Origin: Candidatus Sysuimicrobiota bacterium
GTDB lineage: Bacteria; Sysuimicrobiota; Sysuimicrobiia; Sysuimicrobiales; Sysuimicrobiaceae
NCBI GenBank assembly: GCA_040289515.1
Contig: PSLI01000015.1
Coordinates: 1 to 43,959, forward strand
DNA length: 43,959 nt
Direction: 5' to 3'
A program made the translations under genes and the position numbers. The notes beneath the pieces are model-generated. The model made no database searches and had not been told where the DNA came from. It saw nothing but the letters and a program-made list of their open reading frames with translations. Shown in pieces: positions 30,311 to 39,526 of the stretch (position 1 is the first letter of the stretch; every line of letters begins with the position of its first letter).

Positions 30311-31188
30311 AGCCGCCGACCTTTGACTACTACGACCCGGCGACCCTGGAAGAGGCGCTGGAGCTGATGGAACGGTACGGGTCGGAGGCGAAGGTGCTGG
30401 CCGGCGGACAGAGTCTGATGCCCCTCCTGAACCTGCGCTTAGCGCGGCCTTCGGTTCTCGTGGATCTGAACCGGATCCCGGGGATGGACGGCGTGGGGCG
30501 GGAGGACGGCTGGCTCCGGGTGGGAGCCCTGGCGCGACAGTGGGACGTGGAGCACGCACCGGAGGTGGTTCGGCATCTGCCGGTCCTGCGGGAGACGCTT
30601 CGGTTCGTGGCACATCCCCAGATCCGGATGCGCGGAACGGTGGGGGGGTCCATCGCCCACGCGGATCCCGCGGCGGAGTTGCCGGCGGTCCTGGTGTGTT
30701 TGGACGGCGAGGTTGTGGCTTACCGCCGGGGCGGGATGCGCATCATCGCCGCCCGGGAGCTATTCGTGACGTACCTCACCACCAGCCTGGAACCCACTGA
30801 GATCCTCACGGAGGTACGGTGGCCCATCCCGCCGGCCGGCACCGGCTGTGCGTTTGTGGAGCTGGCACGCCGCCACGGAGACTACGCGCTGGTGGGGGTG
30901 GCGGCCCTGCTGCGTTTGGCGCCGGACGGATCGGTGGTGGAGGGGCGGATCGCCCTCGCCGGTTGCGGTCCGGTGCCGGTGCGGGCCCGGGAGGCGGAGA
31001 AGACCCTGCTCGGGGCGAGGCCTTCCGAGGAGTTGTGGGAGGAGGTAGGGCGACAGGCGGCCTCCGCGGTGGACCCGCCCTCGGACCTGCACGCCTCCAG
31101 CGCGTACCGCAGGCACGTGGCCGCCGTCCTGGTAGCCCGGGCGCTGCAGCTAGCTTGCGACCGCGCCCGTGGGGAGGAAGAAGGATGA
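30307..31188 (+). CDS. Molybdenum hydroxylase FAD-binding (medium, CoxM/XdhB-like) subunit
   Basis: 'KVLAGGQSLMP', 'AHPQIRMRGTVGGSIAHADPAAE', 'RRHGDYA'. Confidence 0.92.
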   Translation: MKPPTFDYYDPATLEEALELMERYGSEAKVLAGGQSLMPLLNLRLARPSVLVDLNRIPGMDGVGREDGWLRVGALARQWDVEHAPEVVRHLPVLRETLRFVAHPQIRMRGTVGGSIAHADPAAELPAVLVCLDGEVVAYRRGGMRIIAARELFVTYLTTSLEPTEILTEVRWPIPPAGTGCAFVELARRHGDYALVGVAALLRLAPDGSVVEGRIALAGCGPVPVRAREAEKTLLGARPSEELWEEVGRQAASAVDPPSDLHASSAYRRHVAAVLVARALQLACDRARGEEEG

Positions 31189-31673
31189 GGGAGCGCGTCC
31201 GAACCGTCCGCTTGAGCGTCAACGGCAAAGTTTACGAGGTCACGGTGGAGACCCGCAAGACCCTCGCAGATGCCATCCGGGAGGACGTGGGACTCACCGG
31301 CACGCATCTTGGCTGCGAGCACGGAGTCTGCGGGGCGTGCACGGTGCTGTTGGACGGACGCCCCGTACGGAGCTGTCTTCTCCTTGCTGTCCAGGCGGAG
31401 GGCCACGAGGTCACCACGGTGGAGGCGCTGGGAACTCCGGAGCAGCTGCACCCGATCCAGCGCGCCTTCTGGGAGCACCACGGGCTTCAGTGTGGGTTCT
31501 GCACACCGGGAATCCTCATGAGTACGGTCTGGTTCCTCCAGCAGAACCCGCGTCCGAGCCGTGAGGAGATTCGGGAGATGCTGGCCGGGCACCTGTGCCG
31601 CTGCACCGGCTACCTTCAGATCGTGGAGTCCATCGAGGCGGCCGCGCGCGCTTTTGGTGAGGGCACTCCGTGA
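31185..31673 (+). CDS. Molybdenum hydroxylase [2Fe-2S] (small, CoxS-like) subunit
   Basis: 'GCEHGVCGACTV...SC', 'QCGFCTPG', 'CRCTGY'. Confidence 0.93.
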   Translation: MRERVRTVRLSVNGKVYEVTVETRKTLADAIREDVGLTGTHLGCEHGVCGACTVLLDGRPVRSCLLLAVQAEGHEVTTVEALGTPEQLHPIQRAFWEHHGLQCGFCTPGILMSTVWFLQQNPRPSREEIREMLAGHLCRCTGYLQIVESIEAAARAFGEGTP

Positions 31674-33994
31674 AGCGGGCGGTCGGCCGGTCGATGGCTC
31701 GGCGGGAGGACCTCCGACTGCTCACGGGGCGGGGCCGGTACGTGGCTGACCTGCGGTTGAGTGGGATGCACCAGGTGGCCTTCGTCCGGAGCCCGTATCC
31801 GCACGCCCGGATCCGCTCGGCTCGGGTACCCAACGGGATGGTGTGTCGCGCAGGTGACTTGGAGGGGGTCCGCCCCATCGCACCGCGGTGGGACGGGGAG
31901 GGGTTCCTGCGGACAGAACAGCCCCCCCTGGCCCGGGACGTGGTGCGGTACGTGGGCGAACCGGTGGCGGTGGCCGTCGCGCCGACCCGGTACGAGGCGG
32001 AGGATCTGGCGGAGCAGGTTCAGGTGGAGTACGAGCCGCTTGTCCCCATCCATGACGTGGACGTCGCCCTCTCGCCGGGGGCCCCGAAGCTCCACGCGGA
32101 CAACGTGCTGTACCGGCGCAGCCACCTCCACGGAGATCCGGAGGAGGTGTTCCGGCGAGCTGAGGTGGTCGTGCAAACAGCGATCCGCTCGGCACGGTGT
32201 ACCGCGGCGCCCCTGGAGGGCCGGGGGGTCACCGCCTGGTACGATGGCAACACGTTGTGGGTTTGGACGAACACGCAAACGCCCTCCTTGATCCGGTCCG
32301 CCCTCGCGCAGTGCCTGGACCTTCCGGAGACGGCCGTGCGGGTCCTCGTGCCGGACACGGGCGGAGCGTTTGGCCAGAAGATGCACCTTTATCCGGAAGA
32401 GATCGTGGTGAGTTGGCTGGCGCTCCGCCTGGGTGTGCCGGTCCAGTGGGTGGAAGATCGATGGGAAAACCTGCTGGCGTCAACGCAAGCGAGGGAGGAG
32501 CGGATGGAGGTGGAACTGGCGGCGCGTTCCGACGGTCGGATCCTGGCCCTGCGGGTGCGGATCGTGGGGGACGTGGGAGCCTACCACGTGTTTCCCACAA
32601 CTGCAGCGCTGGAGCCGTTGGGGGCGGCTCAGATCCTGCCGGGGCCGTACGACGTGCCGCACTACGCGTACGAGGTGTTGGCCGTGGCCACCAACAAGCC
32701 GCCCACCGGTGCCTACCGCGGGGTGGGGATGACGGTGGGCGTGCTGGCCATGGAGCGGGCGGTGGATCTGCTGGCAGCCCGGGTGGGGCTGGATCCCGTG
32801 GAAGTGCGGCGCCGCAACCTGATCCGGGAGGGCCGGTTCCCGTACACAAGCGCCAGCGGGTTGGTGTACGACGGGGGCTCCTTCGCAGAGGCGCTGGAAC
32901 GCGCCTGTGCGCTGGCGGACTACAGGCGGCTTCGAAGGGAACAGGAGGAGGCCAAGCGGCAAGGGAAATGGATGGGGATTGGGATTGCGTGCTACGTGGA
33001 ATACACGGGGCTTGGCTCCGCCACCTTCCGGCGGCGCGGCATGGTGGAGGTTCCTGGCCACGAGGGCGCAGCGATTCGAGTGGAACCGGACGGAACGATT
33101 CAGGTAAGGGTCAGCTTTCCCCATCAGGGGCAGGGGCACGAGACCACGCTGGCGCAGCTCGTGGCGGACGCTGTCGGCTGCCCCGTGGAACGTGTGCGGG
33201 TTGAGCGGGTGGACACGGGAGCCTCGCCGCACGGCTCCGGTACCTTCGCGAGCCGCAGTTCCGTGGCGGGCGCAGGCGCGGTGCTGGCAGCCGTGGAACA
33301 GGTGCAGCAGCGGGCCCGGGCCGTGGCGGCGGCTCTGCTCGAGGCGTCTTTGGAGGACGTGGTGTGGGAAGGGGAGCGATTTTTCGTTCGGGGCGCGCCG
33401 GGCCGGGCCGTGACCTTCGCGGAGGTGGCTGAGGCGGCGTATCGGGTGCCAGGAGTGCGCTCCGTCTCGCCCGGCTTGGAGGCGGTGGCCTACTTCGATC
33501 CTCCCCCGGCCACGTTTTCGAACGGGGTCCACGTGGCGGTCGTCGAGGTGGACCCGGAAACGGGTCTGGTGCGGATTCTGGGCTACTTCGTGGCAGAGGA
33601 TTGCGGGCGGATCATCAACCCCCTCGTGGTGCGGGGACAGCTGTGCGGGGCAGTGGCACAGGGTATCGGGGAAGCCCTGCTGGAACACGCGGCGTACGAC
33701 GACCAGGGGCAACCCCTGGCCACAACCTTTATGGATTATCTCATCCCCACGGTTTGGGAGGTGCCGGACAGCCTTGAGGTCGTTCACCTGGAGCGACCGT
33801 CGGAGCGACCGGGGGGCTTCAAGGGCATGGGGGAGGGAGGTGCCATCGGGGCACCGGCCGCGTTGGCGAACGCAGTTGCGGATGCCGTGGGCGCGCCGGT
33901 GACGTGCCTTCCGCTTACGCCTGAGCTGGTTCTCGAGCTGGTGAAGCAGGGGAGGGCGGCCGGTGACGTGGATCGGGCAAGCCGTCCCGCGTAA
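31670..33994 (+). CDS. Xanthine-dehydrogenase-family molybdopterin-binding large subunit 1
   Basis: 'GGAFGQK', 'AYRGVG', 'QGQGHET', 'GTFASRS', 'KGMGEGG'. Confidence 0.92.
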   Translation: MKRAVGRSMARREDLRLLTGRGRYVADLRLSGMHQVAFVRSPYPHARIRSARVPNGMVCRAGDLEGVRPIAPRWDGEGFLRTEQPPLARDVVRYVGEPVAVAVAPTRYEAEDLAEQVQVEYEPLVPIHDVDVALSPGAPKLHADNVLYRRSHLHGDPEEVFRRAEVVVQTAIRSARCTAAPLEGRGVTAWYDGNTLWVWTNTQTPSLIRSALAQCLDLPETAVRVLVPDTGGAFGQKMHLYPEEIVVSWLALRLGVPVQWVEDRWENLLASTQAREERMEVELAARSDGRILALRVRIVGDVGAYHVFPTTAALEPLGAAQILPGPYDVPHYAYEVLAVATNKPPTGAYRGVGMTVGVLAMERAVDLLAARVGLDPVEVRRRNLIREGRFPYTSASGLVYDGGSFAEALERACALADYRRLRREQEEAKRQGKWMGIGIACYVEYTGLGSATFRRRGMVEVPGHEGAAIRVEPDGTIQVRVSFPHQGQGHETTLAQLVADAVGCPVERVRVERVDTGASPHGSGTFASRSSVAGAGAVLAAVEQVQQRARAVAAALLEASLEDVVWEGERFFVRGAPGRAVTFAEVAEAAYRVPGVRSVSPGLEAVAYFDPPPATFSNGVHVAVVEVDPETGLVRILGYFVAEDCGRIINPLVVRGQLCGAVAQGIGEALLEHAAYDDQGQPLATTFMDYLIPTVWEVPDSLEVVHLERPSERPGGFKGMGEGGAIGAPAALANAVADAVGAPVTCLPLTPELVLELVKQGRAAGDVDRASRPA

Positions 33995-36323
33995 GGAGGA
34001 TCCCCGGCTCCTCACGGGCCGGGGCCGGTTCGTGGCGGACATCCAGCCGCCCGGCGTGGCCCACATGGTCGTGGTGCGGAGCACGCATGCGCACGCGCGG
34101 ATCCTTGGGGTGAACCTGTCGGAGGCCCGGGCGCAGCCGGGGGTTTTCCTGGCGAAGGCGGCGCGGGACTTCGATCCTCCGTTCCCGAGGCTTCCCCCCA
34201 TCGTGAGCCATCCGGCGATGCGCCACGCCATGCCGTACGTGTTGGCCGAGCAGGTGGTGCGGTACGTGGGGGAGCCCGTGGCCGTGGTGGTGGCGCGGAA
34301 CCGGTACGAGGCGGAGGACGCAGCAGAGCGCGTGGAGGTGTCTTACGAGGAGTTGCCGGCCGTGGTGGATCCGGAGGCGGCCCAGCGGGCGGACTCACCG
34401 CAGCTCCATCCGGAGGCGCCGGGGAACGTGATGGCGTATGTACCGATCCGCGTCGGGGATCCGGGAACTGCCTTCGGGCGGGCGGATCACGTAATTCGGG
34501 CGCGACTGCGGATCCGGCGGTGTAGTCCTCAACCCATGGAAACGCGGGCGGTGGTGGTGGAGCCGGATCTTCGGGGTGGGCGACCTGAATTGCGGGTGTG
34601 GCTCACCACGCAGTCGCCCCACACCGCGCGGCGGATCCTGGCGTATGTCCTGGGGATGGAGGAAGAGCGGATCCGGGTGATCGCGCCAGACGTAGGGGGT
34701 GGCTTTGGAGCGAAGAACCGCTTCTACCCCGAGTACGCTCTGGCCGCGCGCCTCGCGCTGGAGCTGGGCCGGCCGGTGAAATGGGTGGAGGACCGGGTGG
34801 AGGATTTCCTGTCCACCTATCAGGAGCGGGACCAGATTCAGGAACTGGAGTTGGCGTTGGATGCGGAGGGACGGGTGTTGGGCCTGCGGGGCCGCGTGGT
34901 GAGCGACAACGGGGCCTACGACTCCAGCTTTGGCATTGTCCCGCCCCTGACGACGGCCATGACGTTGGTGGGGCCGTACCGGATCCCGAACATCGCGGTG
35001 GACGTGGTCTGCGTCTACACCCATAAGACCCCGTTGGCTCCCTACCGGGGAGCGGGACGGCCCCAGGGAGTTTTCGGGATCGAGCGGCTGATGGACTTGG
35101 CAGCGGATGCCCTCGGTCTGGACCCGGCGGAGCTGCGCCGGCGGAACCTGCTGTCCCCGGAGGATCTGCCGTACGACACGGGCGTGCCACGCCGGGATGG
35201 GCTGGGCACCATGGTGTACGACTCCGGGGACTACCCCGCGCTGTTTCAGCGGGCGCTGGGGCTGCTGGACTACGAGGGCTGGCGGGCGCGGCAGCGGGAG
35301 GCGTGGCGGGCCGGTCGGTACATCGGGATCGGGGTGGTGCCGTACGTGGAGATGTCAGGGCTTGGCCTCTACGAGACCGCCACCGTGCGGGTGGGCTCCT
35401 CGGGCAGGATCCACGTGTACGCGGGGTGCGCCTCGCAGGGGCAAGGGCACGAGACGGTGCTGGCCCAGATCGTGGCGGAGCGGCTGGGCGTGCGGTTCGA
35501 GGACGTGGAGGTGGTGGTGGGAGACACTGGGCTGGTCCCAACCGGCATCGGTACGTTTGCAAGCCGATCCGCGGTGGCTGCCGGCAATGCGGTGCGGGAG
35601 GCCGCGCTTCTTGTGCGGAGCAAAGCGTTGCGGGTCGCCGCACACTTGCTGGAGGCATCCCCGGACGATCTGGAGCTGACGGACGGGGTGGTGCGGGTGC
35701 GGGGAGCCCCCGACCGGGCGGTCGCCCTGCGGACCCTGGCCCAGCTGGCGTCGGGGCCGAACCTGGATGCTACGCGGGTCCCGCGGGGTCTTCGGTTTTC
35801 TGCCGACCTGCAGCCGGGGCTGGAGGCCACCTACTCCTTTGACGCCGGCGCCTTGAACTACGCCTACGGCACGCACGCGGCGGTGGTGGAGGTGGATCCC
35901 AGGACGGGGTTCGTACGCATCCTGCGATACGTCATTGCCCACGACTGCGGGGTCGAGCTGAACCCGGCCTTGGTGGAAGGGCAGGTGCTTGGGGGATTCG
36001 CGCAGGGGATTGGGAACGCGCTGTACGAGGAGCTGGTCTGGGACGGGGCGGGGCAACCCCTGGTGCGGACCTACGCGGACTACCTGATTCCGACAGTAGG
36101 GGAGGTTCCGGAGGTGGTGGTGGTCCACACGGAGACGCCGTCGCCGAGCAACCCGGAAGGGGTCAAGGGGGTGGGAGAAGGGGGGACGATGCCGGTCCCG
36201 GCTGTGTTGAATGCGGCCGCGGAGGACGCCCTGCGGCCGTTCCGCGTACGGCTCCTAGAAAGTCCGCTTCGGCCGGAGCACGTGCTGGAGGCGCTGGGAG
36301 AGCTGAGCCCAGAGGGCCGGTAG
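33963..36323 (+). CDS. Xanthine-dehydrogenase-family molybdopterin-binding large subunit 2
   Basis: 'GGGFGAK', 'PYRGAGRP', 'QGQGHET', 'GTFASRS', 'KGVGEGG'. Confidence 0.92.
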   Translation: MTWIGQAVPRKEDPRLLTGRGRFVADIQPPGVAHMVVVRSTHAHARILGVNLSEARAQPGVFLAKAARDFDPPFPRLPPIVSHPAMRHAMPYVLAEQVVRYVGEPVAVVVARNRYEAEDAAERVEVSYEELPAVVDPEAAQRADSPQLHPEAPGNVMAYVPIRVGDPGTAFGRADHVIRARLRIRRCSPQPMETRAVVVEPDLRGGRPELRVWLTTQSPHTARRILAYVLGMEEERIRVIAPDVGGGFGAKNRFYPEYALAARLALELGRPVKWVEDRVEDFLSTYQERDQIQELELALDAEGRVLGLRGRVVSDNGAYDSSFGIVPPLTTAMTLVGPYRIPNIAVDVVCVYTHKTPLAPYRGAGRPQGVFGIERLMDLAADALGLDPAELRRRNLLSPEDLPYDTGVPRRDGLGTMVYDSGDYPALFQRALGLLDYEGWRARQREAWRAGRYIGIGVVPYVEMSGLGLYETATVRVGSSGRIHVYAGCASQGQGHETVLAQIVAERLGVRFEDVEVVVGDTGLVPTGIGTFASRSAVAAGNAVREAALLVRSKALRVAAHLLEASPDDLELTDGVVRVRGAPDRAVALRTLAQLASGPNLDATRVPRGLRFSADLQPGLEATYSFDAGALNYAYGTHAAVVEVDPRTGFVRILRYVIAHDCGVELNPALVEGQVLGGFAQGIGNALYEELVWDGAGQPLVRTYADYLIPTVGEVPEVVVVHTETPSPSNPEGVKGVGEGGTMPVPAVLNAAAEDALRPFRVRLLESPLRPEHVLEALGELSPEGR

Positions 36324-36424
36324 GCCTGCGATCCGGCGGACAGGCTCCGAGGCAGTGCTCTCCAGGGGGGATCGACCCTCACGGGATCTTCACAGGTAAG
36401 CGAAAGCCAGGGGAGGTGCGGATC

Positions 36425-37118
36425 ATGGGCCGCGGAGGTGTTCGCTGGGTTGTGCTCAGTGCAGGCGTGCTCGCCGTGCTGACCGCGGGTGGCGTCTCGG
36501 TGGCAGCGCAGCCAGGCGTGATGTGGAGCATGCACGGGTGGTGGGCTGCCAGCACAGTCGGAACGCCGGTCAGGACCATCGACGCGGCGGCCGAACGGGT
36601 GCGTCAGGTGCTAGCCGCGTGGGGCGACCCGGACCTGGCGCTGGAGGAGATCATGAAGTTCTCCAATCACTTCTATGCGGTGGTGATCGGGAAGAACACC
36701 GGCATCGGGGCCTTCGAGCTCCTGGTCGCGCCCAGCGGCGCGGTGTACCCGGAGCCCGGCCCGAACATGATGTGGAACACCAAGTACGGGCACCTGGCAG
36801 GAGTCCTGTCTACCTGTCCGGGGATGTCCGGGGCTCAAGGCTCGGGCATGATGAAGATGATGGGCGGTCCGGGTGTGGGCTCCGCCCCCTCGGGGGCCGC
36901 GCTGACCAAGGACCGGGCCCGCCCACTGGCGGCGCAGTACCTGGCTCGCGTGCTGCCCGGGACCGTGCCCGATGAGGGCACTGCCTTCTACGGCTACTTC
37001 ACCTTCGACGTGGAGCGTGCCGGCAGGCCCATCGGCATGCTGAGCGTTGAACGCGTACACGGGACAGGTGTGGTACCACACCTGGCACGGCACCTTCGTG
37101 GCGGAGAAGCACTTCTGA
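36425..37118 (+). pseudogene. Secreted Met/His-rich PepSY-like conserved protein with one frameshift (or a sequencing error)
   Basis: Signal peptide, 'PEPGPNMMWNTKYG', 'FYGYFTFD'; removing one base near 37047 restores 'SVNAYTGQVWYHTWHGTFVAEKHF*' with stop at 37116-37118, clear of the tRNA. Confidence 0.65.
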
Positions 37119-37160
37119 GACGAAAGCCGGGCGTCCGCGCCGGGAAGCCAGGTGCTACCG

Positions 37161-37236
37161 TGGTGGGCCGTGAGGGACTCGAACCCCCGACGCCCGGGTT
37201 AAAAGCCCGGCGCTCTACCCGCTGAGCTAACGGCCC
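37161..37236 (-). tRNA. tRNA-Lys (anticodon TTT), CCA encoded
   Basis: GGGCCGTTAGCTCAGCGGGTAGAGCGCCGGGCTTTTAACCCGGGCGTCGGGGGTTCGAGTCCCTCACGGCCCACCA: 76 nt cloverleaf with TTCGA T-loop. Confidence 0.97.
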
Positions 37237-37245
37237 CCGGGAGGG

Positions 37246-37254
37246 ATTGTAGCA
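37246..37254 (-). promoter_or_regulatory. Extended -10 (TGcTACAAT) promoter of tRNA-Lys
   Basis: TGCTACAAT about 10 nt upstream of the mature tRNA 5' end. Confidence 0.6.
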
Positions 37255-37560
37255 CCGCCGTTCGGTCCTTCCGCACACCGTACAACAGGCACAGCCCACG
37301 GCGCGCAAGGGGCCTTGAGCGAGAAGGGTACGCGCTTCTCGCGGCGGTCGCGTTCGCGCTCAGCACGGTGTTCACGCGGCGCTTGGCGGTCGGGTTCGGG
37401 CGGCGGTCTGCGGTGGGACCGGAGAGGGGCGTGCGGGTCAGCCTCCGCACGGACCTCCTGCTGTTCGGTGCACTGGCGGCGGGGGAGCTGGTCCGGGCGA
37501 GTCTTGTGCTGTGGAGGTAGTATCCTGGGGGAGAATACCCTGTGCAGGAGGTGAAGCGCC

Positions 37561-37770
37561 GTGGCAGAGGTGACCATCACTCCGCGGGACAACGGGCCGT
37601 ACCTGGTCCGGGGGCCTGTGCGCCTGGTGGACGCGGAGGGGCGCGAGTGGTCCGTGGATCGGGACGTGGTAGCCCTGTGCCGGTGTGGCGGCAGTGCCAA
37701 CAAGCCCTTCTGTGACGGAACGCATGCGCGCGTGGGGTTCCAGTCGCAGTGTCGCGCGCCCTCGCCCTGA
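37561..37770 (+). CDS. CDGSH iron-sulfur domain protein
   Basis: 'NGPYLVRG', 'LCRCGGSANKPFCDGTH'; AGGAGG RBS. Confidence 0.92.
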   Translation: MAEVTITPRDNGPYLVRGPVRLVDAEGREWSVDRDVVALCRCGGSANKPFCDGTHARVGFQSQCRAPSP

Positions 37771-37800
37771 GCTGTCTTGCAGGGCCGCGGGAGGTTTGTG

Positions 37801-38598
37801 TTGCCGGAGGTCCGCATCCGGGGTGTGAAGCTGTCGTATCGGGAGTGGGGGAAGGGGCGGCCGGTGGTCCTGCTGCACGGGTTTCCCCTTTCCTCAGAGA
37901 TCTGGGCGGAGGTGGCCTCGAAGCTGCAGGACTCTTTCCGGGTGATCGCGCCCGACCTGCGGGGCCACGGCCTCTCCGAGGCTCCGCAGGGGCCCTACAG
38001 CATGGATGACCTGGCGGAGGACGTACAGGCCTTCGCGGAGGCGTCGGGGCTGGAGCGCTTCGTCCTGGGAGGACACTCGATGGGAGGCTACGTGACCTTC
38101 CGGGTAGCCGCGCGCTGGTCCGAGCGCCTGGCGGGGCTGATCCTGGTGGCCACGCGGGCGGAGCCGGACACCGAGGAGGGCAGGGCGGGAAGGTTTCGCG
38201 CCATTGAGCGGATCCAGGGCGAGGGCAAAGAGGCTTTCCTGAGGGAGTTCCTGCGGAACCTGGTGAGCGACCACACCCGGAGGACGCGGCCGGAGGTGTT
38301 GGCGCAGCTGGTGGAGCTGGCGCGCCGGACCCCCGACCATGTCCTGGTGGGGTGTTTAAGGGGGATGGCGGACCGCCCGGACAGCCGCCCGCTCCTGCAG
38401 CGCCTGGGGCTGCCGGCGCTGGTGCTGGCGGGGGAGCAAGACGCCGTGATCTCCGTGGAGTCGGCGAAGGCCATGGCGGAGGCGATCCCAGGGGCGCAGC
38501 TCGTGGTGGTGCCGGGAGCAGGCCATGTGCCCAGCCTGGAGGCACCCGAGGCCACCGCGGCTGCGTTGCGACGTTTCCTGGAATCTCTACAAGGCTAG
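37801..38598 (+). CDS. Alpha/beta hydrolase (PcaD-like)
   Basis: 'VLLHGFP', 'PDLRGHG', nucleophile GHSMG, 'GEQD', 'AGH'. Confidence 0.9.
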   Translation: MPEVRIRGVKLSYREWGKGRPVVLLHGFPLSSEIWAEVASKLQDSFRVIAPDLRGHGLSEAPQGPYSMDDLAEDVQAFAEASGLERFVLGGHSMGGYVTFRVAARWSERLAGLILVATRAEPDTEEGRAGRFRAIERIQGEGKEAFLREFLRNLVSDHTRRTRPEVLAQLVELARRTPDHVLVGCLRGMADRPDSRPLLQRLGLPALVLAGEQDAVISVESAKAMAEAIPGAQLVVVPGAGHVPSLEAPEATAAALRRFLESLQG

Positions 38599-39479
38599 AA
38601 CAGAGCCAGCTGGTGCGGGGGCGGCGGGGGCTGGAGGGCGGAGACCAGGCGGAACCGCACCTTTCTGGTGCACTCCGCAACGCGTAGGGCTACCCGCCGC
38701 CGGTAGCTGGACGGAGCATAGCGGCCGGCGTAAAGCTTCTGGTACATGGGCAGCAGATGGGGGTGGCAACGGGCCAGGAACGCCCAGAAGGCGTCCCGGG
38801 TTACCTCGCCCAGGTGCAGAACGTTGTGCGCCAGGAACTGCGCCCCCGCCTGCACGGCAGCGCGCACCACCGCCTCGAGATTTTCCGGCTGGTCCGTGAG
38901 GCCCGGCAGCACGGGGGCCAGCATTACGCCGGTGCGAATCCCCGCCCGCGACAGCTGCTCGATGGCCCTCAGGCGCTGGTGGGGCAGGGCCACCGTGGGC
39001 TCCAGCTGCCGCGCCAGCTGCGGGTCCAGGGTCACCAGGCTCACGCAGACCGTCACGCCGGCCTTGCGGGCGAGGTCCTGCAGCACGTCCACGTCCCGCA
39101 GCACGAGAGGGGAGCGGGTCACCAGGCTCGCGGGCGTGCGGCACTCCACCAGAGCCTCCAGGATGCGGCGGGTAATGCGGTAGCGGGCCTCCGCGGGCTG
39201 GTAGGGGTCCGTAGCGGTCCCCACCGCCACCAGCTCTCGCTTCCACGAGGGGCGGGCCAGCTCCGCACGAAGGACCTGCGGAGCGTTCACCTTCACGAAG
39301 ATCTTGCGGGACCACTGGCCCACCCCGTCCTCGTCCAGGTACCAGTGCGTGCGGCGGGCGTAGCAGAAGGGGCACCCGTGGGCGCAGCCCCGGTAAGGGT
39401 TGATGGACCAGGAGAAGCCCATCCCGCACACGCGGTTGAGAACGGTTTTAACCTGAATCTCCACCAGCTGCGGTCCCAC
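38595..39479 (-). CDS. SplB-like (Rv2578c-family) radical SAM DNA-repair protein
   Basis: 'SINPYRGCAHGCPFCYAR', 'GTATDPYQPAE', 'APVLPGLTD'. Confidence 0.88.
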   Translation of the reverse strand: MGPQLVEIQVKTVLNRVCGMGFSWSINPYRGCAHGCPFCYARRTHWYLDEDGVGQWSRKIFVKVNAPQVLRAELARPSWKRELVAVGTATDPYQPAEARYRITRRILEALVECRTPASLVTRSPLVLRDVDVLQDLARKAGVTVCVSLVTLDPQLARQLEPTVALPHQRLRAIEQLSRAGIRTGVMLAPVLPGLTDQPENLEAVVRAAVQAGAQFLAHNVLHLGEVTRDAFWAFLARCHPHLLPMYQKLYAGRYAPSSYRRRVALRVAECTRKVRFRLVSALQPPPPPHQLALF

Positions 39480-39493
39480 GGCTCTCGCCTGCC

Positions 39494-39522
39494 AAAGTAG
39501 CGTACGTAGGTTCGCCTGTCAA
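39494..39522 (-). promoter_or_regulatory. Sigma70 promoter with a Gram-positive-type SOS (LexA) box in the spacer
   Basis: TTGACA-17 bp-TACTTT; spacer holds cGAAC-ctac-GTACg (one mismatch to GAAC-N4-GTTC). Confidence 0.75.
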
Positions 39523-39526
39523 CGCC

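Noticed and set aside
30307..36323. Aerobic carbon monoxide dehydrogenase (coxMSL)
   Set aside because: Neither large subunit has the form I AYRCSFR motif, no coxDEFG genes are present, and the context is organic catabolism
36416..37225. 269 aa CDS overlapping the tRNA
   Set aside because: Read-through caused by a frameshift; the plausible stop is at 37116-37118
37300..37554. 79 aa ORF, or an EamA/DMT-like fragment ('GYALLAAVAFALSTVFTRRLA') in another frame
   Set aside because: Too short and degenerate to support a call
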